Of a stretch of DNA of 42,576 nt, positions 37,291-42,576 are shown piece by piece. The first letter of the stretch is position 1. Each line of letters opens with the position of its first letter. The translations under genes and the position numbers were made by a program. Source of the DNA: Clostridia bacterium (GTDB taxonomy: Bacteria; Bacillota; Clostridia; UMGS1883; UMGS1540); assembly GCA_045531355.1 (NCBI GenBank), contig JAZSDW010000070.1:1-42576 (forward strand), written 5' to 3'. Below the pieces are notes generated by a model that saw only the letters and a list, made by a program, of their open reading frames with translations, did not search any database and was not told the origin of the DNA.

Positions 37291-39824
37291 GCTTTTCCTA
37301 TCCGGGAGCCGATAATGAAGCGCTCTCCGCACTTTCCTTTTCGATTGCGCCAGGCGAATTTGTAACGCTTATCGGCGAGTCGGGCTGTGGAAAAACAACA
37401 CTTTTGCGCCTTTTAAAGCCCTGCCTTTCACCAGAGGGCACACAAAAGGGAAGTATCTTGTTTTATGGCCAACCGCTTTCTTCGCTTTCTCCGCGCGCCG
37501 CGGCAGCCGAAATCGGCTTCGTTGCACAAGACCCTGCGAGTCAGCTTGTGACCGACACCGTCTGGCACGAGCTTGCTTTCGGTCTCGAATCTCTTGGGTG
37601 TGACACAATGGAAATCCGGACGCGCGTGGCAGAAATGGCCTCCTTTTTCGGCATACAAAACTGGTTCCACAAAAAAGTGGACACGCTTTCCGGCGGCCAA
37701 AAGCAAATTTTAAATCTCGCTTCCGTTTTGGTCATGCAGCCGCGTGTACTTCTTTTGGACGAGCCTACAAGCCAGCTGGATCCGATTGCCGCGCGAGAAT
37801 TTCTCGTTCTTTTGCATCGTATTAGCCGGGAGCTCGGTACGGCCGTCCTTCTTAGTGAGCATCGTCTTTCCGAAGCCCTCCCGCTTTCTGATCGGGTGCT
37901 GGTTTTAGAAAACGGCCACCTTCTTGCTTATGATACGCCCCGCCGGATTGGAACGGCACTCCGCGGCCATGCCATAGAGTCGGCTCTGCCTGCTGCGATG
38001 CAGCTCGCTGCCGTGCTTTCCCCTGCAAAGTCCTGTCCGGTCAGCATTTTGGAAGGAAAACAGTTTTTAGAAACTTTACCGGTTTCTCCAGACGCTAGCC
38101 GGATTCCCGTTTCTGCACCGCCACTGCAAAGCGCGCCCATTGTCCGGATGGAACGCGTCTGGTTTCGCTACGAAAAGGCGGGGGCAGACATTCTCCAAAA
38201 CGCAAGTCTTTCCGTTTCAAAAGGGGAATGCTTCGCTATTCTGGGCGGAAACGGAACAGGGAAAACCACGCTTCTCTCCCTCCTTGGCGGTGCGCTTACA
38301 CCCCTTCGCGGTACAGTGTGGCGCGGCGGCCGGTGTGCGATGCTCCCGCAAAATCCTGCGTGTCTCTTTTCAAAAAGTACGGTAAGGGAAACCCTTTGTG
38401 ACAGTGCGGACGCTTCGCGAGGGCTGGAAATGGCGCAGCTTTGTCGCCTTACACATTTACTCCATCGTCATCCGTTCGATTTATCCGGTGGCGAACAGAT
38501 GCGTCTGGCAATCGCGGTTCTTCTCTTATCGTCGCCAGAAATCCTGCTTTTAGACGAACCGACACGCGGCATGGATGCAGGTTTTAAATCCGTTTTTGCC
38601 GATATTCTGCGCACGCTTTCGGAAAAAGGAACTGCCATCATTCTCGTTTCCCATGATATTGAATTTTGCGCAAAATATGCCCACCGCTGCGCGCTCTTTT
38701 TTGATGGTTCGCTCGTTTCCGAGGGTGCACCGCGTACCTTTTTTGCTGATAAAGCCTTCTATACCACGGCTGCAAACCGCATTGCGCGTACAATTCTTCC
38801 CACCGCCATTTTGCCGGAGGATATTCTCGCCGCCTATGGTGCAGCGCCCGCGCTTTCGCCCGTTCCCCCTTCCCCTATACCGACAGAAGAGATTTCTATC
38901 CCGGCACAAGCCCCGAAAAAGAAATTGCATCCACGGTTTTTTCTCGGCACACTTCTTCTTTTCCTTTGCCTTGCCGCCTCGATCTGTCGCAAAGAACTTT
39001 TAAGCGGCTTTACGGCGAAAGCCTATCTTTTTCAAGGGTTTTCGATTCTCGCCTTCGCATTTTCCCTTTTTCTCCTTTTGCCGCATCGTGCGGTCTCGCT
39101 TCCCGAAAAACCGCGCCGGCGGAAAACGCGCCCGCGACGCTTTGCCGTACTCTTTCCGCTTCTTAGCATACCCCTTACCCTCGTTTGGGGACTTCATGCG
39201 CTCTCCGAACGAAAATACTATTTTATCTGCCTTTTGGTGATTTTAGAAATTCTCGTTCCCTTTTTGCTCTCGTTTGAAAAGCGGAAGCCCTCGGCTAAGG
39301 AGATTGTTTGTATCAGTGTCCTTTGTGCACTTACGGCCGCCAGCCGCGCCGCCTTCTCCTTCCTTCCGCAATTTAAACCCGTTTTGGCGCTGGTGCTTTT
39401 GTCCGGTGTGGCATTGGGCGGCGAAACCGGCTTTCTGGTCGGCGCACTTTCCGCTCTTCTATCAAATTTCCTCTTCGGGCAGGGTCCCTGGACACCATGG
39501 CAGATGTTTGCGACCGGCCTCGTTGGCTTTTTAGGCGGACTCCTCTTCCATCGCAACATTCTGCGTCCTTCACGCCTCTCCCTTTCCCTCTTTGGGGCAA
39601 TTTTAACCTTCTTTCTCTATGGCACGATTCTCAACCTCTCGTCACTTCTCCTCTGGTATCCGGAGCCGACATGGGCACTTCTTCTTTCAACGCTCGCAAT
39701 GGGAATTGTGCCGGATGCCATTCACGCGCTTTCGACTGCCTTTTTCCTCTGGTTCCTCTCCGTTCCCCTTCTTAAGACGCTGGAGCGATTCCGGAAAAGG
39801 CACAGCGTGTTCCCGGAAGAATGA
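37263..39824 (+). CDS. ECF transporter with tandem ATPases (A-A') fused to a C-terminal S component; probably cobalamin uptake
   Basis: GESGCGKT/LSGGQ/LLLDEPT and GGNGTGKT/LSGGE/LLLDEPT, then TM region with PQFKP and SNFLFGQGPWTPWQM. Confidence 0.88.
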   Translation: MACFRVETLSFSYPGADNEALSALSFSIAPGEFVTLIGESGCGKTTLLRLLKPCLSPEGTQKGSILFYGQPLSSLSPRAAAAEIGFVAQDPASQLVTDTVWHELAFGLESLGCDTMEIRTRVAEMASFFGIQNWFHKKVDTLSGGQKQILNLASVLVMQPRVLLLDEPTSQLDPIAAREFLVLLHRISRELGTAVLLSEHRLSEALPLSDRVLVLENGHLLAYDTPRRIGTALRGHAIESALPAAMQLAAVLSPAKSCPVSILEGKQFLETLPVSPDASRIPVSAPPLQSAPIVRMERVWFRYEKAGADILQNASLSVSKGECFAILGGNGTGKTTLLSLLGGALTPLRGTVWRGGRCAMLPQNPACLFSKSTVRETLCDSADASRGLEMAQLCRLTHLLHRHPFDLSGGEQMRLAIAVLLLSSPEILLLDEPTRGMDAGFKSVFADILRTLSEKGTAIILVSHDIEFCAKYAHRCALFFDGSLVSEGAPRTFFADKAFYTTAANRIARTILPTAILPEDILAAYGAAPALSPVPPSPIPTEEISIPAQAPKKKLHPRFFLGTLLLFLCLAASICRKELLSGFTAKAYLFQGFSILAFAFSLFLLLPHRAVSLPEKPRRRKTRPRRFAVLFPLLSIPLTLVWGLHALSERKYYFICLLVILEILVPFLLSFEKRKPSAKEIVCISVLCALTAASRAAFSFLPQFKPVLALVLLSGVALGGETGFLVGALSALLSNFLFGQGPWTPWQMFATGLVGFLGGLLFHRNILRPSRLSLSLFGAILTFFLYGTILNLSSLLLWYPEPTWALLLSTLAMGIVPDAIHALSTAFFLWFLSVPLLKTLERFRKRHSVFPEE

Positions 39825-39830
39825 ACATGC

Positions 39831-39863
39831 AAAAAGACACCGACCATTGTCGGTGGCTTTTTT
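39831..39863 (+). terminator. Terminator of the ECF operon
   Basis: AAAAAG-A-CACCGAC/GTCGGTG-G-CTTTTT. Confidence 0.85.
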
Positions 39864-39951
39864 CTATTTCTGTTATTCTGTTTCAAAACGCTCCTCCGCC
39901 CGATTCCCTCCTAAAAAACTTCAACAAGTTGGCAAATGTTTTCATAATAAC

Positions 39952-39994
39952 AAATAAGGAGACAGCGTCACTGAAACTCCTGTCTCCTTAATTT
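39952..39994 (-). terminator. Probable htpG terminator
   Basis: TAAGGAGACAG...CTGTCTCCTTA inverted repeat. Confidence 0.65.
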
Positions 39995-40040
39995 AGGCAA
40001 ACTTATTTCTGTACTGATTCTGTGCTCTGCTTTTTAGGCT

Positions 40041-41933
40041 CTATTTCAGCATGAGATCGCAGACCATATTGCCAAGCTCGGTCGGGTTTTCAATGGCGAG
40101 TCCGCTGATGAGTCGCGCGTGTGCATAGAGGATTTTTGCATACTTTTTCAGTTCCTCTTTGTCGGTCTTTTCCATCGCCTTCAGCTTCTCCGCAATGGGA
40201 TGATTCATGTTGATTTCCAGAATCAACTCTGCCCGTACGCTTCCTTCTTCGCCGCCGGGCAGCTTATTTAAGGTTTTTTCCATGCCTACGGAAATGGCGC
40301 CTTCGCTGGAAAGACAAGCCGGATGGTCTTTTAAAGTGTTCGTAAATTTCACGCCGCTGACCGCCTGGCCGATGCTTTCCCGAAGGAAATCGAGAAGCGT
40401 TTTTGCCGCTTCGTTTTCTTTCTTTACAGCTTCCTTTTCTTCCTCCGTTGCAAGGTCTAAATTTTCCTTGCATACATTCACAAACTCTTTATCTGCGTAT
40501 TTGCCGAGCATCTGGAGAGCAAATTCGTCCACATCCTCTGTCAGATACAGAACCTCAAACCCGCGGCTGGTCACGGCTTCCACCTGCGGCAGAATCGTAA
40601 TTTGCTGGACCGTTTCGCCGGACGCAAAATAGATTGCTTTTTGTTCCGTTTTCATGGCATCCGTATATTCTTTTAAAGTTCTGAAGGCCTGTCCCGCCGA
40701 GGATTTAAACATCACAAGGTCCTGTAAAACCTCCTTGTGCATGCCGTAATCCGAATACAGTCCCCATTTCAGCTGTGCACCAAATGCCGTATAGAACCGA
40801 TCATAGTTCTCGCGGTCTTCCGCCAGCATCTTTTTAAGCTCGGCGGCAATTTTCTTTTCAACGGCCTTTGCGATGGCCTTCATCTGTCTGTCCTTTTGAA
40901 GCATTTCGCGCGAGATATTGAGAGAAAGATCCGCACTATCCACAAGGCCGCGAACGAAGCTGAAATAATCCGGCAAAAGGTCCTTGCATTTTTCCATAAT
41001 GAGTACGCCGCTGGAATAAAGCTCGAGTCCCTTTTCGTAGTCCTTGCTATAATAATTGAAAGGTGCGTGCGCCGGAACGAACATGAGCGCCTCGAAGTTT
41101 ACGCCGCCTTCCGCCTTTTGATGTATGGTTCGGAGCGGCGCTTCATAATCATAGTATTTATCCTGATAGAAGCTCGCGTATTCTTCGGTTTTCACCTCTT
41201 TGGCATTTTTCTTCCAAATCGGTGTCATGCTATTTAAAGTTTCATCTTCCAGAACAGTTTCGTATTCGTTTTCTGCGCCTTCCTTCGGCTTTTGCGTTTC
41301 CGCAAGCATCCGGATAGGGTAGCGGATATAGTCGCTGTATTTCTTCACCAGCATGCGAAGCTTAAACGCCTCTAAAAATTCCGAATAGCGGACATCCTCT
41401 GTATCTTCTTTGAGGGTAATCCGGATTTCGGTGCCCACCTCCGCTTTATTCCCTTCGGAAATCGTGTAGCCGTCAGCGCCGGACGACTCCCAGACAAACG
41501 CCTCCGCGCTTCCATGGGCACGGCTTTCCACAACGATATTTTCCGCCACCATAAAGGCAGAATAGAAGCCTACGCCAAACTGGCCGATAATGTCAATTTC
41601 TTCTTCCTTGTGTGCCGGATCGTTTTTAAAATCAAAGGAACCACTCTTTGCGATAACGCCCAGATTGTTCTCAAGCTCTTCCTTCGTCATTCCGCAGCCG
41701 TTATCCCGAATGGTGAGCGTGCGGCTTTCCTTATCCGGCGTAAGCCTGATTTCATATTCCTCTCTTTTTATCTTTACCGTTTCGTCTGTAAGAGAACGGA
41801 AATATAGCTTATCAATCGCATCGCTGGCATTGGAGATAAGCTCTCTTAAGAAAATTTCGCGGTTGGTATAAATGGAGTTCACCATCATATCCAAAAGCTT
41901 TTTCGATTCTGTTTTGAATTGTTTTTTTGCCAC
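40041..41933 (-). CDS. htpG: Hsp90 chaperone
   Basis: FLRELISNASDA, DNGCGM, IGQFGVGFYSAF, LNISRE; GTG start. Confidence 0.98.
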   Translation of the reverse strand: MAKKQFKTESKKLLDMMVNSIYTNREIFLRELISNASDAIDKLYFRSLTDETVKIKREEYEIRLTPDKESRTLTIRDNGCGMTKEELENNLGVIAKSGSFDFKNDPAHKEEEIDIIGQFGVGFYSAFMVAENIVVESRAHGSAEAFVWESSGADGYTISEGNKAEVGTEIRITLKEDTEDVRYSEFLEAFKLRMLVKKYSDYIRYPIRMLAETQKPKEGAENEYETVLEDETLNSMTPIWKKNAKEVKTEEYASFYQDKYYDYEAPLRTIHQKAEGGVNFEALMFVPAHAPFNYYSKDYEKGLELYSSGVLIMEKCKDLLPDYFSFVRGLVDSADLSLNISREMLQKDRQMKAIAKAVEKKIAAELKKMLAEDRENYDRFYTAFGAQLKWGLYSDYGMHKEVLQDLVMFKSSAGQAFRTLKEYTDAMKTEQKAIYFASGETVQQITILPQVEAVTSRGFEVLYLTEDVDEFALQMLGKYADKEFVNVCKENLDLATEEEKEAVKKENEAAKTLLDFLRESIGQAVSGVKFTNTLKDHPACLSSEGAISVGMEKTLNKLPGGEEGSVRAELILEINMNHPIAEKLKAMEKTDKEELKKYAKILYAHARLISGLAIENPTELGNMVCDLMLK

Positions 41934-41991
41934 CTAAAACACCTCTTATTCTGTTCTCGGGCAATCCTTTCTTTTCTGCCCATTACTATGT

Positions 41992-42020
41992 AGTTTACCA
42001 CGCCTTTCTTCTTTTGTCAA
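41992..42020 (-). promoter_or_regulatory. sigmaA promoter of htpG
   Basis: TTGACA-17-TG-n-TAAACT. Confidence 0.75.
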
Positions 42021-42260
42021 TCTGCTGGGTTCGTTTTTTTATAAAGTATGGCATTTAAAGAAGCCTATAACTCGATTTTTTGTGGAAAGGACTTTGCACC
42101 CTTATCTCGCAAAGAAATTGAATTGCACTAACCAAATGCGTTTATTTTTTAGAATTTGAATCAACATAAAATAATAAATGTTTAAAAGTGTTGGTAAGTT
42201 CTTGAAAAAATACAAAAACTGTAATATAATGTAATAAAAAAAGTATATTGTGGTGATCGT

Positions 42261-42576
42261 ATGGCTAAAAAAGAAATAAAAACAGATTTATGGGTATGGG
42301 AGCTTTTGAAACAAGCGGACATCAGCATGGACGCACAAGGCAGCACCATACTTGAAATAGATACAGCGTTAAAGACTGCCTCCAAGAAAGGCACGGGACG
42401 AGTAGGCTTTCCCGAATATGTGGGGGTAGTTAAAGACTACTTGCTTGTAATAGAGGACAAAGCGGACTTGTCAAAGCATATCAAATTTGACGACGGCGGC
42501 GTTATCAGTCAGGAAGTGCAAGCCGTAACCGACTACGCCGTTAATGGTGCGTTATTCTATGGCAAGCACCTTGCAG
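42261..42576 (+). CDS. 5' part of a BcgI-like (type IIB/IIG) restriction-modification enzyme, truncated by the window end
   Basis: Open frame to the edge: MAKKEIKTDLWV...TASKKGTGRVGFPEY...LVIEDK...DYAVNGALFY; PE-x12-ExK nuclease motif at E52/E65/K67. Confidence 0.75.
   Translation, partial: MAKKEIKTDLWVWELLKQADISMDAQGSTILEIDTALKTASKKGTGRVGFPEYVGVVKDYLLVIEDKADLSKHIKFDDGGVISQEVQAVTDYAVNGALFYGKHLA

Noticed and set aside
41934-42060. CIRCE element for htpG
   Set aside because: No TTAGCACTC-N9-GAGTGCTAA is present.
59-42394. Numerous antisense and alternate-frame ORFs (e.g. 166-942, 9680-10504, 21168-21971, 42182-42394)
   Set aside because: They are shadows of well-supported genes and have no recognisable motifs.
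1-42576. CRISPR arrays, IS elements, prophage genes, rRNA
   Set aside because: I saw no regularly spaced repeats, transposase, integrase, phage genes or rRNA signatures by eye.

Overview
A mostly core-genome 42.6-kb stretch from a spore-forming Clostridia-type Firmicute (spoIVB, many sigmaA TTGACA-17-TATAAT promoters). Left to right: split transketolase, yitT, mrnC and cysS; a membrane protein; uvrA and rarA; spoIVB; a MATE pump; an orphan, divergent type IIA topoisomerase B subunit; an 8-gene aromatic amino-acid operon (aroF-tyrA-aroB-aroA-aroC-pheA-aroE/K-aroQ); a secreted stalk-domain/parvulin protein; an EF-G2-type paralog; yycI-like, DUF1624, ddh, EamA and a serine-palmitoyltransferase-like gene; perR and reverse rubrerythrin; two tRNA-Ser genes; feoAB plus a Cys-rich peptide; a TPP riboswitch with thiT; a cobalamin riboswitch with an ECF transporter whose ATPases are fused to the S component; htpG; and the start of a BcgI-like restriction-modification gene. 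Best finding: a 31-aa leader peptide missing from the ORF track (MHNNLFANKYYFYFYFNSTKVKGFCVANSLN) upstream of the aro operon. It has seven consecutive Tyr/Phe codons and a full set of 1:2, 2:3 and 3:4 hairpins, i.e. a candidate ribosome-dependent Tyr+Phe attenuator where a T-box would be expected. Second: a Bacteroides-type SPT-like gene in a Gram-positive lineage. All calls come from reading the sequence and recalled family motifs; no searches were run.
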